Assembly (NCBI RefSeq): GCF_964194025.1
Contig: NC_134468.1
Coordinates: forward strand, 6,200,001-6,264,000
Direction of reading: 5' to 3'
Length of the DNA: 64,000 nucleotides
Origin: Convolutriloba macropyga
Taxonomy: Eukaryota
Position numbers and translations under genes: made by a program. Shown one piece after another: positions 13,987 to 27,300 of the stretch; within the stretch, counting starts at the first letter, position 1, and each line of letters opens with the position of its first letter. The notes beneath the pieces are model-generated. The model saw only the letters and a list, made by a program, of their open reading frames with translations, made no database searches and was not told where the DNA came from.

Positions 13987-15921
13987 AAACATAACCGACT
14001 AACGTCGGGCAAATTGCTCTCAAACCACTGGCGAGCAGTTGGCTTCGTCAGTAGCTAGCCACGGTTTAGTGAGGCCACCTTTAGCTTGATTCGACTCTGC
14101 AAATTTTAGTTTTTAGCCTTGTTAGTGAATAAGTAAAAAAACTGATATTTTAAAAATTTGCAAAAAAATGCAAAATTTTAAAAACTTCCAGATTTCGCAT
14201 TAAAACATTTAAAATTATTTTTTGTCTTTGGATTATGTCAATTAACCCATCTGCAAGACTTGAAAAGATTCTTGGGCCAGTAATGATCGTTAAACTCAGA
14301 AAAGGACAAAAAAATCAAAAATTTTGAAAACAATCGCAAATTTTAACAAATCTTGCTCAAATTCAAGATATTAAAATCTTCAGAAAACCATTTCAATGTC
14401 TCAAGAGACTATCCAGTATCACTAATTCAAGCTTTAAATAGTTTCACTGGCTCATAAAGATCCGTAAACTTGAAACATGATAATAATTTTCCGAAAAAAT
14501 GGAAAAAAAATTATCAAAAAATTGCTAAAGCTGAATTCATTAAAATATTGATAACCAAATCATTAGCTCTACAAACTATGCAGCATTTTGTTATCAAACA
14601 TTGGAGGAGTTCTCTAGGACCATGGCGCCGGAAAAATGATAAAAAATTCAAAAAGATTCAAAAAAACTTAAAATTGCGAATATTTTTTAAAAATTTCTGA
14701 TAAAAAAATCTTGAGAAACATTCCATTACATCTAGAAGCTATGCAGTAAAATATAATAAAACGCTAGAGATGGTTATGTGGCTCTTGAGGCTGAGGAACC
14801 TAAAAAATGACAACTTCAGAAAACTTGAAAAAAAAACTGCAAGTTGCCTAAAGAAACTGCTAAAAATTGTGGTAGTAAAAGTTGAAAACTAATTCAAGGC
14901 CAAAAAACATTTTCCAGTAAATTATTATCAAATCCTAACGGAGATTTTTTGTTCGGCTAAAAAACCTGAATAATGACAAATGTAAAAAAATGCAAGTTTT
15001 GTAAAAAAAAAAATGCTAGAATTCGTGTTGTTGAAACCATGAAGAACATTTCATGACGTTCAGAAATTATACAGTAACCTATCGCCAAACCCTAGAGGCG
15101 GCTCCTTCTTGGCTCTTGAGGCTGGAAAACCTAAAAACCAACAAAAATTTTCCTAAATCTTGAAAAAAATGCAAGTTTTGTCAAAAAAATTGCTAAAATT
15201 TGTCATATTAAAAAATCGAAAGCTATTTCATGGCAAATAAAAACTTTTCAGTTACTTATTATCCTAACCTGAAAGACGTTTTCTGGCCCCTGCGTCTGAA
15301 AAGACGTAAAAACCAAAAAATAACAAATTGAAAAATTTGCACGTTTTGTCAAAAAAGTGTAAAATTCGTGATGTTAAAATGTTAAAACCATTCAACTACC
15401 AATAGAAACTATGCAGTTAGCTTTTTTAAAACACTAGAGGAGGCTCCTTGACTCCTAGGGCCGAAATTAGTATAAAATTGTATAAAATTGCGTGTTTTTA
15501 GTATAAAATTAGTATAAAATTGCGTGTTTTTAGCGATCGGTTGTTCGTCAGTAGCCACAGTGGGGTGGGGGGCTGATGGAGAGAAAGGGGGGTTGGTAGC
15601 AGTGGGGTGGGGGGGGGGGGCAACAGCGCGGTGAGGGGGTGGAGGCAATAGTGGGGGGGGGGTCAACAGTGGGGGAAGTCTTCAACCTCTAAGAACCGCC
15701 ATTCACACCATAAGTACCTAAGTATAAGTCTCCAAAACAGTTTGAGCTGAAACAGAACTGAAAGGCTCTAGGAGCACTTAATGCCGATGGGCGCTACCTG
15801 TTTATCCCGTTTTTGAGGACGAAAATCAAAAGCCTCAGACGAAAATTGGTCAAGCGAAAAATCGCATAAAAAAGACCGACAGGACTAATATAATTGCTAC
15901 TAACTTCGTTTGAGAGCAATT
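13987..15921 (-). mobile_element. Helentron/DINE-like family C, long copy with internal diverged ~120-130 bp tandem units and a G-rich tract; shorter copies ~51709-52034, ~53746-54082, partial ~16640-16805
   Basis: Hairpin CCGAC-taac-GTCGG + AATTGCTCTCAAAC at the left end; inverted GTTTGAGAGCAATT at the right end. Confidence 0.65.
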
Positions 15922-16939
15922 AATAAATTTAGATCATAAATCACTATTAGGTCATTCGGTTTTCTGATAGTGTTTCATTCAAATCGCTGTTTTATTTCTT
16001 CGATGCTAGTTACCAATTAAGTTTTGATGATAATCCCACCACAAAAAACTTCGAAAACAATACAATTTTCTAGAACATTCAGAAATTTTCCATTTTTCTG
16101 TTTCATAAGGCTTTTAGAGAGCAAGAAAATCTTTTCTCCGTGTTTATGTTGCTCACAAATTTCAAAAATTTTCCTGAGTCTTCAATTTTTGTGAAATATT
16201 TCTTTTCCATTCAAATTCGATTCCTGATGTGGTTACTGTTTGTTGCGCATTTAGGAAAAGAACAAGCTTCTTAATAACTTGGTTCCTTAGTGATTCAAGT
16301 CTCAAGCTTTGATTTTTCAGAAACTGAGCACGTTAACATTTTTATAAAGCCGCGACTTTACGAAAATATCTCAATTCTTGTATTCCATTTGTGTCTATGA
16401 TGCGGCCTATTTTAAAATCATAAGGAGTATTTTTGTTAGTATTTTTGGCTCCGTAAGAAGTCATCCCTAGTTGACTCCAGTAAGCAATAGTTTAATTTTT
16501 AGTTTGAACCAAACGAGAAGAAGCTGAGTATAACATTAAATATCTACAATCCAACTCCACATGCGCTTCAAGGTCTTCTTAGAGCTGACTGATATTGAAA
16601 ACAAAATCTGTGTACAAATTTTACTGAATCGCCCTTCACAGAGTGAAATTGTCTCCTTAAAACAGTTTCGGTGAATCGCATTCTTAGAGCCCCGTTTTTG
16701 AGGACAAAAAGCTAAAAGGTTCAGACGAAAAATCGGATTCAAAAGATACTAAAAAAGACCCAGGACTAATATATTTGCTACAAACTTTGTTTGAGAAGAA
16801 TTAATAACAACGTGAAGAGCCAATATCGATCGGGAAATTGTACAAAAAAGAAACTAGAGACTACAAAACTCAATTCTGCACAATAATCAAGGCTATTCAA
16901 ATAACTCAAACAGAAACAATAAATAAAAGCATTTTTGTT

Positions 16940-17663
16940 TTAGAAGGGGTTAAATTGATGCTGCTGAGTGTAAAACTGTTTAACTTTTTCCACCCAAACA
17001 GCCCAATAGGCATTACAATCTTTCCCTAAAACAACATGAGCGTCAGGTGGACTTTCGTCATGTTGATACAAATACACCAACGCAAATCCGTCCAATGGCT
17101 TATCGAACATTCTAGAATAATTGATAGCACCCAAATACGCAACTCCCTGCAATAGCTCAGATAAATGACAGTCATTTATTCCTAATCGTCTTCTATTCGG
17201 GTTGTCTGGAATTTTCCAATCGGCTACAAGTCGCAAGCCGGAAACCTCCATTACGCAATCGATTTTTTCCCCTATAGCCTAATAAGGAATGAGCTACCGG
17301 ATGTTCACAGTGGCTTATTTCAGTAATGTTTGTATTTATTTGCTTAAATTGACTCAGGACATTTTTCTGTCGCTGTTCCAAGCTGCCTACGTCACCGGTT
17401 TCAAATTCATTTTCAACACAAGCTTTGATCAGTGCATGACAAGTTGATGAAAAAGATTTCATATCTTCTGAGTAATCGTAGAATTCTTTTTCGCCTCCCA
17501 ACTCAATAATTTTTCTCTTCTTCCATTTTTCCAAACTTGCAACTTCCTGAGGGCTCCTCGTTTGACTCAGGATTGTAGTTACAGCCGAAGGTTTTCCGGG
17601 TGATACTTCAAAGGGGACTGTTTCATTTTCTTTTGATGAAAAGAGCCATATATAATTGATGTT
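16940..17663 (-). CDS. MGME1: Mitochondrial genome maintenance exonuclease 1 (PD-(D/E)XK nuclease), main coding exon, with a 1-nt frameshift at 17263-17272
   Basis: PSAVTTILSQT..LEKWKKRKIIELG; EHPVAHSLLGYRGK[fs]IDCVMEVSGLRLVADWK; LQGVAYLGAINY...CNAYWAVWVEKVKQFY. These parallel human PSVTRVLQQT..LERWKQRMILELG, ESAVQHETLNYIGLLDC..IDWK, LQVVAYMGAMN..CSQYWTKW. Candidate CAG acceptor at 17664-17666. Confidence 0.9.
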
Positions 17664-17797
17664 CTGACATTTTTATAATGATAAACATAAAGTAGACTTT
17701 ACAAAATATTCAAGGAAACAAAATTTTCAATTTTCATCCCTTCTGGGACAAAATACCTAGAATTGAAAATTCTCACGTTGAAATTATAACAACAGTC

Positions 17798-17982
17798 GGA
17801 TCTATTCTGTTTCGGCCTCCAGTGTTTTTTAGGCCCCCCCCCCCCCCCCCCCCCCAGTTACAAATTATATGTTGTTATATAGCACATTACTATGTAAAAA
17901 ATAGCATGTGCGCCTGTGGGGGCGTAAAAAATATAAGCCCACTAAACTGGGGGGGGGGGGGGGGGCAAAACAGAATAGATCC
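17798..17982. mobile_element. MITE with GGATCTATTCTGTTT terminal inverted repeats; partial inverted copy ~18110-18230
   Basis: TIRs GGATCTATTCTGTTT...AAACAGAATAGATCC with internal C- and G-runs. Confidence 0.75.
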
Positions 17983-18309
17983 CAACAATAGTTAGTCATT
18001 TTAATTGCAATGGTTACTTTAACCTGCCACTAGCACTAGGTAATGCCAAATATTACAATACAGATTCATAATGAGCATTACTTTAATTGGATTTTCACCG
18101 TATTATTTGCAACCCCTAAGCGCACGTGCTATTTTTTTTATTTTTTAACATAGTAACGTGCTATATAACAACATATAATTTGTAACTGGGGGGTCAAAAA
18201 AACACTGTGGGGGCGAAACAGAATAGATCCGATTTTCTGTAATAGCGCACGTATTCGGCAACTGGGGGATGAAAAACAGTTTCTTTTATGACAAAGAAGA
18301 AGCAGATAA

Positions 18310-18503
18310 CGGAAACAGGTCCCTTTAAATAATTCATTAGTGTTTTGTTTTGATCTCGATCTGATATTTGAAGTTTTGGGACTGGAATCTGGTTCCGGGG
18401 GTGACAAGGGGAACTGTTTGATGACTTTTGCAACTTCGGGTGCTTTTGGGAGTGTCCAGGCGCATCTTCGACAAAGAGTAGAGACAATCTCAACTGACAA
18501 CAT
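18310..18503 (-). CDS. MGME1: Probable MGME1 first coding exon (mitochondrial presequence-like N-terminus); donor position uncertain
   Basis: ATG at 18503, MLSVEIVSTLCRRCAWTLPK...NELFKG. Lies directly upstream of the MGME1 exon, which lacks an in-frame ATG ahead of its first conserved motif. Confidence 0.55.
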
Positions 18504-19614
18504 TCAAGCTGAATCTGAAATACACGAAAGACATTCTGAATTGAATGTTTTAGAATTTTTTGTGTCTATAATACGATCTACAAAAAGGTATAGCGCATAT
18601 TAAATAATCTCTGATTCAAGTCTTAAATTTAATTGTATCATGGCTATTAGTTGGGTATTAAACCATCTATTTGATTTGTTTCTTTAGCTCAAAAAGAGTT
18701 CGCATCATGACCGAATGAATCGCTGAGTATATTGGAGAAAATATTCTCCTCCTGTTCACACCATTTTTCACTACTAGTTGTCAAACTGCTAAAACCAACC
18801 CGTCTTCGATCAATCTTTGCGGTATGCACACGAATAGAGATAAAAATATCTAGGAACTAAAGAATTAAAAGCAAGTCAGAGAAAATTCAACACTGATTGT
18901 TCGAACTTGACATAATTTGATTGCACAAATCACGATTTGCTCAGCTACATTGTTTCATTGGATATATTAAATTAATGCTTTTCGGCTCTTTAAAGTTTCC
19001 AGCAATTTGGTAAGCAAAAATTGAACTACTCATTTTTCGCGGTGTCAATCATTTTTCATTAGTTGTTACCAAGGTCGTCGCTCATTCGTTCGAGAAATTT
19101 TGCCTAACAAAACATCAATGAACTATTCTCGAAAAATTAGTTATTTTGGCATTTTTCTCTTGTACGAGTACGGTGACTCTATTTTTGCTTCTTTATTTGC
19201 TCCGGCTTTCCACCTCAAAAAAAAACTAATTTCAAATCATTTTCCCGGAACTTGATACCTGGATGAGGTAATCTGAAACATTTGCAGAAAAGAAGTTGCT
19301 CCTTCTCGGGTAAATTAGGTGAAAAAAATGTGGGAAACACAGAGCTTACGAGTGTTCTTGAGAAGCTACAGGCTGCACGTGACTTGATGCAAATTTTGAT
19401 TGACTCTTCAAAAAAGAAAAAAACGCTGATCAATATTAATTTTCGAAGTAAAAAAAATACGGTTACCTTAAATTATCAGATTTCAACTAGCATACCCAAC
19501 TAATACTAGCTAAAAGTGTGAATTCAACAAAAATTTGATTAAAATAGAAAGTGACAATTTTTGCGGCAAAACTTTTCATGGGTTGAATCTTTCACTGTTT
19601 GATTTTACTCTGAG

Positions 19615-22086
19615 ACAATGCGGCTCGGTAATGAGCAATCGCACATAAAGTTCCGACCCCGCTCATCCACAATTTTGGCAGAATTGTCTACCAAATGAGG
19701 AACAGATAGAAAACCCCAAATTCAAGAATTTTTCAAAAAAAATGGTGTATGAACAAAAAGATAGCCTCCAAAGCAAATAACTCAGTGGAGTAAAAAATGA
19801 TGCACTAGATTCGTGAGATATTCCAATATTAAAAAAGCGAGTCAAGACGAACAGCAAAATCAAACAACAACAACAACAACAACAACAAACATTAATTACA
19901 TCAAAAAATTACATCCGTTTTAAAAAACAAAACTTAATAACAAAGTCAAAATAGCGTCCGATAAAACTGAAACTAAACGAAATAACTTATAATTCACCAG
20001 AAAAGATATGGGACCAGTCCATAATGAGGCTTGGTAACAATTAGACAATAAAGAACAAAAACACAAAACACAGAAATCTATTAAAATATCCCATAGGTTT
20101 ACAATTACCAGTGTTTCTTGATATGGGAGTTGAGAACTATCGGTATTCAATTTTAAAGTGGTTACAAAAAGAACAACAAATAGACAACAAACAAAAAATC
20201 AGTTAAACTTTGCCAGAAAACGCTTTTGACGCCGTAAAGCCATATTTGGCCGTCAAAATATGTTCAATTAGACCTTCCTTCTCAAACACCGATAATGTAT
20301 TATGTGGCATCTCATTAACAAAACCAGGTAACAAGCAGAGAAAAAAGAAAAAAGGCAAAATTAGTTAATACTTATTTCTTTTTCGAAAATAAATTATTTC
20401 CAGAGACATGAGAGCCATTAATTACAAAACCAAATAATAAGGTTCGTCTACTCTTCCAAAGGAAGTCAGTGAGACCTGCAATTACCCAAAATATATCTTA
20501 CGTCGACAAAAAGAACGTAAAATATTACAAAAATCAAAAATTAATTACCTTTTTTTATGAAAAACCCGTGTCGAAGCCAGTAGTCATAACAAATTCTTTA
20601 AAAACATTATGTTTTGTGACACCAATCCATTTGACACCTTCTCTTGATGAAAAAATTGTCACAATTGGACTGTAATTAACGAGACTCGGTAACAAACAGA
20701 CAATAAAAAAATGGCGAAGTTAAAAAGTGTTTTTTATTTTTGAAAACAATTGTTTTTAAGGTCATGAATGCCGTCAGCTATTTGCTTATATCAGAATATC
20801 GGCCCATCTTTTCTTCCAAGAAAAGCCAATGAAACAGGGTCATTGTACAGAAAATTTCATACGACTTAAAAGACAAAGTAAAAACGACAGTTAAGGACAA
20901 AATTTAAAAAACCCAATCAAATTCTTCGAGAAAGTATTGTTGAAGCCGTTAAAACCAGAGTCTATAGCCTTGAGGTTTTTGATAATATCGATTTTGCCTT
21001 ATATGTAACGCCATTAATGTGATTGATGAAGTGTCAATAACGTGAGAAATTGACAAAACTAGGAAACTTGAAAAATGGGCAAATAGCTGAAAACAGAAAA
21101 ATGTGAAATCTAGTAGTATCTCAGCTAGAAAAACATCATTAAGGTGTAAATTAAAATAAAGATTGAAATTGAGTTCAGTAGAAAGAAAAAACATCCGTTC
21201 ATTGCTGACACTAGGCTAAAAGTTGACCAAATTAATTGAAAAATGGAGGCAAATTTCAAAAAGCCATTATTTATTTAAAAATCAAATATTTTTAAAAGTC
21301 AAAACAACCGTAAGCTTTCAAGTAAAAAACTAGATACAATAATTTGGAGCTAATTAGGAAATGAATTGAACCTATCATTAGTGACATGTTCTGTTTTGAC
21401 ATGTTCTGTTTTTAATTAATATATAAAAAAGATAGAGTTTTTTTTATAAAAAAGACAGACTGATTCCAATCCGAATTATTTTTGAATTGTAACAGTCCAA
21501 GATTGGTCCAAAACTAGCTCTGCTGATTCTGTTCGTTCATTAAAAACACTTATCTTTTCGAATGTTACAGATATAGATATTTTGTTAGTGAAAAAATCAA
21601 AAATAAATGCAGCGTTTTTGATAATCAACGAGTAAAGTTAGCAAAAGACCGCAAAGTTTTAATTACGGAGCACCTGCAACGGCAATTGAAGTAGACTTAG
21701 CCTCCTTCTGAGTCTACAAAGACTGTGTTAAAAGTGTTTGGGTGTGTACTTCATGCAAATTGAATCAAAATGAACTAAAGAAACGTTCGTGCTCTGTTTG
21801 ATGAAAAAGTTTGAATTTTGAAATTTTTAGCCAGAATTTTTGACAAAAAACTTAAATAAAAATTGCCGACAATACCTTTTTGTCTTTAAAAATAAAATCA
21901 ACAACACTTTCTTTAAAACAATTCAAAAAATTTTAGCAATATTAACGAAATTTTTATGATACAAGCTTTTTAATGATACCAGTCTCAACTCTACGATGAA
22001 TATATCGATCGGCCAAAATTGTCTCAACAAAAAAAAACCCATTTGAGTATATAGTTCCTCCCCCCCTCAAGAGGGGTCGGAACAAT
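19615..22086 (-). mobile_element. ~2.5-kb non-coding interspersed element, family E, copy 1
   Basis: Colinear with 30953-33594; GTTCCGACCCC near the left end and GGGGTCGGAAC at the right end; no coding capacity. Confidence 0.75.
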
Positions 22087-24166
22087 CATTATTTGGGCTG
22101 GAAGATGGTTCTACCAATTTGAGGATCTGCCAAGGCCAAACAATGAAATTTACTTGTTCTTCTATGATTTTTCAAACTTAATTTGTTTCAACAAAAATAT
22201 GAACAGTTCCTTCTTTTTCAAATAATTTCAATGTGATAAAAACTTCCTCATCCAAATTATTGTCATCATTCTGTTTCAGGTTAACAACTAAGATGCTTTG
22301 TAGCTAAAATTTTGGGCATTTCCAACTGCCTTTTCAAAACTGTTCACGGTTTCGATCGTTTCGAGATTTTCCTCATTTTTTCCTCTATTGTTTTCATTCA
22401 ATTTAATGCGGTTATAAAAATCTGAGAAAATATTACAACGTAATTTGGGCTCATACGCTAAAATATGTTATCAAATACTTTCTGGCTCTTCAACTTCAAT
22501 ATGTTACCTTTGTCTTTTTCCTGACAAAATTAAATTTTGTGGGAATTGAACTGATTTCATCAACTAAAAACTCGAACTCTATGTTACCAAAATTGAAAAA
22601 TGGTCATAAAAACTTTGGCTAAATTTCAACGTTTCCTAATTGTATATTTCCTTTATTATAATACAATATCAGTGTTTGTCCTTTTAATTAATGGGGATCA
22701 AATTTTTCAAAAAAAAAAAGTACTGAATATTTTTCTGTTTTCAATCACGTCAATGCTGAAATTTTTTTTTACGTTATATTTCAACGTCTTCATCAAGTAT
22801 TGTAATTTACAATGGCAAGGCAATGAAAGGTTGTTAATTCTCCGTTCTTTTTTTCAATTCTGTTAATTTCAAATTATTCCCATTCGGTTCTCCTGAAATT
22901 CGTGTTTTCCTCGGTCCTCTCCTTTTTAAAATAAAATATGAAAAACAATATTGGAGACCAGTTTATTTAGAATTTCTACCACATGCTTTGATAGGCTACT
23001 AGGGAAATTGCGATGCTTCGAGTCTCTTCTGGAACACTGCCAGTTGCGTTTTCATTGCAAGTTGATTTTATCACCCTTAACTTACCACACTTAATAAGTT
23101 GACTTCTACCCACACAAAGTTTAATTGAAGACACAGGGTTAGTCTAACTGAAAGTCAGATGAGCAGAGCTTTATCATTTCAATAGAGATTTTGAATTTCA
23201 ATGTCCATTTTTTGTATTATGATTATTCTGTACAATGTTTTTGTTCTAAAGGATTGTTAGCTTTTTGCTGTACCTTTCGGTTATCACTTTGTCATACTGA
23301 TAAAACACGAGCTCGCAAAGTTGAGGGTGGTTTTTTTCTTTACATCAAAATTACTATTCACGGATCAAGTTGAACATCAATTCGAAGCAGATACGGCGGA
23401 CATATGATTTTGTAAAACCTCAAAACAATGCAAACCAAAAACTAAAATTTACATTGTAAGTAGACTGCGCTTCAGTTATTCTTTATTAACCAGCGATAGC
23501 TTAAACTGATCTAGTAATAGTTTACCTTTAATACAATACACGACCAGTTTGATGACGACGAATTTTGTTTGAAAATTACAGACTGCGCCTACCTTGATGC
23601 AAAATTCTCTTCGGAGTCTCTTCAGAAAAAATTGCTCACTCGTTGTTTTAGAAGCCAAAGGATCAACATAATTTTATAGATAGCTCGAGCATTCATACAA
23701 TCTATAGTTGATGAAGTATACAATATTATATGACAAAATGCTTAAACTAAGAAAATACAAAAAAAATCACTAACAGTTATTTTTATTAACTGTCAATGAT
23801 TATCGGCCTCCGTGTAGTTAGAGATCAAATGTTCAGTCGTCTGTGAAAAAAACTGGTATATATGTTCATTTGTAATTAGTTATTGAATCACTTAACTGCA
23901 CGCAAACTTTATTCGCTTCGTCGCTAGATAATCAGATACAGAAGAGCTAACGTATTAAATACAATTAGGGATCTATTCTCAATCTTTGCTGCATTTGAAC
24001 TCCAGAAGATCCGATTCCTGCCATAGTTAGTATAATACCCGACCAAACAACAGACAAATTCGTGAAAAAAACGGAAATTGAACAAACATAATACATCTAA
24101 TACAGGAAATTTAACGTCCCTAACTTTTGTCTCCCGAAAAGAGACAACGTTAGTTGAAGACAAAAA

Positions 24167-24353
24167 ATGGAGAAAGAGAATGGCACCGATTCAGACGCTT
24201 ATCGCTCTGTGTTCCCCAACAAACCTTATCCCCCCACACCCAGTACAATTCTGCCAAAACAAGTGGATGCTGGAAAGTTGGAGCAGTTCCAGAAAAAACA
24301 CTCAACTCACATCAAAGACAGCGATGACGAGGATAACGATGGCCCAAAACAAG
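24167..24353 (+). CDS. Channel A exon 1 (cytoplasmic N-terminus)
   Basis: ATG...KKHSTHIKD...KQ G|GTAAAG; homologous to gene B exon 1 (KKQPSHIKD...KQ G|GT). Confidence 0.75.
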
Positions 24354-27300
24354 GTAAAGTTGCAATCATATCAACTCAAATATTTTCTCGTGAGTGAAGC
24401 CGTTGGACAAAAGTTAGATCAGACTTCAATTTAAAAGCTGTGTAAATTACAAAATATATTAGTAGATAGAGCACTTAATAAATATTCAAAGAGGCAAGTG
24501 ATTTTGACAAGAATAAAGATATCTATTCTGTTTTTTGTTTTTGTCAGTTTTTTTTAATGAGCCAGTGTTAAAAATTATGTCCAGTCTTTTTTTATGACAC
24601 CTTTTAAAAATTATGTGTTGCTATATAGCACGTTACTATGTAAAAAAGCTGGATAAACCCAGAACAAGCCACAGAACAAGTTTATCCTCAATATTTTTTA
24701 GCATTTTGCGATATAACCAAAAAGCACTAGAAACAAAATATCAATTTGAAAGTTGCCAATTTACCAGCATGTCTTTAACTTATTACATGGACCAGCTAAT
24801 CATATTACTAAAATTACGTTTCACTTGATAACCAATTGTTGAACAGCGAGCTGAACAATACACACAGGTAGGTATACATATGCTTATTTGGTTAATTGGG
24901 GGGAAAACTATTAATTTAGTTTCTACATTATTCACTATGCATATGAAACTAATGCTAGCGTTTTGTTCAAAAAATGTTTCCCATTGATGAAAAATTTTGG
25001 TTCCCTGGCAGTTGGGTTTTGAGATATTTGTAAAAAGAGTTTTAAGCAGTTCGAAGGAAAATTACCAACAAGTGGTTATAATTGATGTACTACGATATCG
25101 CAATTCCTATCCACTACCCCATGACATGAATACCATAGATTTGTTCCTCCTAGCTCTGCGAAAAGTCAAATGTTGAAAAAAAAATAAAGCCAACATGTCA
25201 GCAATAAGGGCTTAGCCTTACTCCAATTACCGACCCTTAAAAATAGCACGTTTCCCCGGAAACGTAAAAAATAACATGCTCACTAAGCTCTGGGGACTGG
25301 CAAAGCAGAATAGACCCGAACATCGAGCAAAATCAAAAGTAATATTTGTCTAAGTGGACGTACAACAAACTGTTTACAAACTTAATTTACCACTTTCAAC
25401 CCAAATTCTTCTCTAGGTTCTGGGACGATGTCATCCATTAAAAAATCAGCGCTACGTCTCCAAGATGCCACGATGCCAGAGACGGCTACGGAGCACAGAA
25501 TTCTGCAGATCATTTGGATCCTGGCCTACATCGGCCTAACAGCTCTATTTCTCTATCAGTTCAGGTCACTCGAATTCTCATTCTTTCATATTTTTTCATT
25601 TGATTCCACAAAAATGACAAGAAAAACACAACTTTTCGAATTTTAAAAAGCAACCAATTATCATCACTGCACTGAAGCCAAACTTCAGCTTAAACCTAGA
25701 ATGTTTGGTTGGTTTACAAATATTCAAAAAAATATAAATGTTCCAGATTTCAAACAAGACGGCTCATGCAAGACTGTGCGTAGCACAAAAGTTCCAAGAT
25801 ACGGCTCAACTTTGTACAACTGTTTTTTTGTTCTGAGAGGAAAAGTTTGTTTTACAATCAGTCTAGCAAAACTCATATTGAAGAAATTCTTTGAAGGAAT
25901 CGTGATTAGAACGTTATTTAATATGAAAACTGAAAAGAAAATCACAACCCTCATTTCGATTTCATTTTAACAGATAATAAATCGGATGCATTTTAAAAAC
26001 TTGAAGTAACAATTCATAAACATGAATTTCACAAAGAGCAATCTTATCTTAAACAAACACAGACAGTAATTTCCAAGATATAAATGAAGCGATCAGTTTA
26101 CGAATAAATTATTGAATTTGTCCTCGTCCCAATAAAAATTTGCCCCATTGATGAGATACCTACCATAGTTAGACAAGATTCAGTTAAAAACTTCTCAAAA
26201 AAATCACCGAATATCAAGCAATCATCGCAAATGAGAGGTGTTTATGTCAAGTTCCGTTTTTTTCTGACAAGTTTGTTCCAAGTTATTCGTGATTCAGTAG
26301 ATCTATAATGGGGCAATTTCCAATTTCTCTCATTACAAAAACTGAAACCAACAAAAAATGTTTCTGCTCAATTATATTTGACAATTCGGTATTGGTATGA
26401 ATTGGTTTGATATTAAAGTTATTTGGTTTGATATTAAAATTTTTTATACTCAAACCGAGAAGTTTGTTATGTCAATGTCCTCGCGCAGTTGAATTCTTTA
26501 TTTTGATGAATCAACCCATTTTTGAGTCAACTGGACAAAAAACATTCAAAAGTCAACCAAGCATAAGTTGAGAAAAAGGTTGCAATATTGACGAACACAA
26601 TATTCGTCTTTTATTCAAACAAGTTTTTTATCCTTGTTACCAATTCCCTATATATGATCAATTGTGCCATTCATTTGTACACGGAAACTGTTAAGCCACT
26701 GAGCTTGATCTTGGCTAGTCTATTGCAGCAATTTAGAAGAAAAAACAGTTTCTACCTCAACAAACATGCCATAATCATTTAACGGAAAATAAATTAAGTC
26801 CTTCTGTAGAAAGCCAATTAAAACAAAATTCAAGTGGAAAAACCATAAGAGAAGCGCAAACATCAACGTCAATTCAAATCTGAGGCAAGGAAGTTGAAAA
26901 AAGAAAAACACTCTTTTCGATTTTTTTTCGCATTCTTACAGAGCTTTCCCTCCAGACAAACTAAGAAATCAAACTAAAAACATTAACCAATCAAACGTTC
27001 GAGGGTTTCAATGCAGAAAGTTAACAATACATAGCATCAATTTGCAAAAAAGATCATACCAAAAATTTGATTTTCTACTTTTCCTAAAAAATTCCGCATT
27101 TCAGTTTCCGAGTCTCTTTAGTTTGTGGTGACTGAAACGGTTGGGCAGCTATAGGCCAATGGATAACTTATTCTTAAGACACCTTAAGCATCAGGATCAA
27201 TCAACAGAAAAAATAAAAAAATCTTTCTCACCATTTTCCGTTTATCTCGTCTCAAATATCCCACTTATGGTCAATTCTGTGACAATTCAATCAAATCAAT

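Noticed and set aside
15409-15666. Proline-rich ORF / G-quadruplex-like tract
   Set aside because: Translation of a G-run block inside a family C element; a similar block occurs at ~53853-53920.
3476-18503. Functional cluster of DNA-end-processing genes (CtIP + MGME1)
   Set aside because: Different compartments and an unrelated gene between them; no evidence beyond adjacency.
24200-24250. Possible Nedd4-binding PY motif in channel N-termini (KPYPPTP; LYPP in B)
   Set aside because: Does not match PPxY/LPxY.
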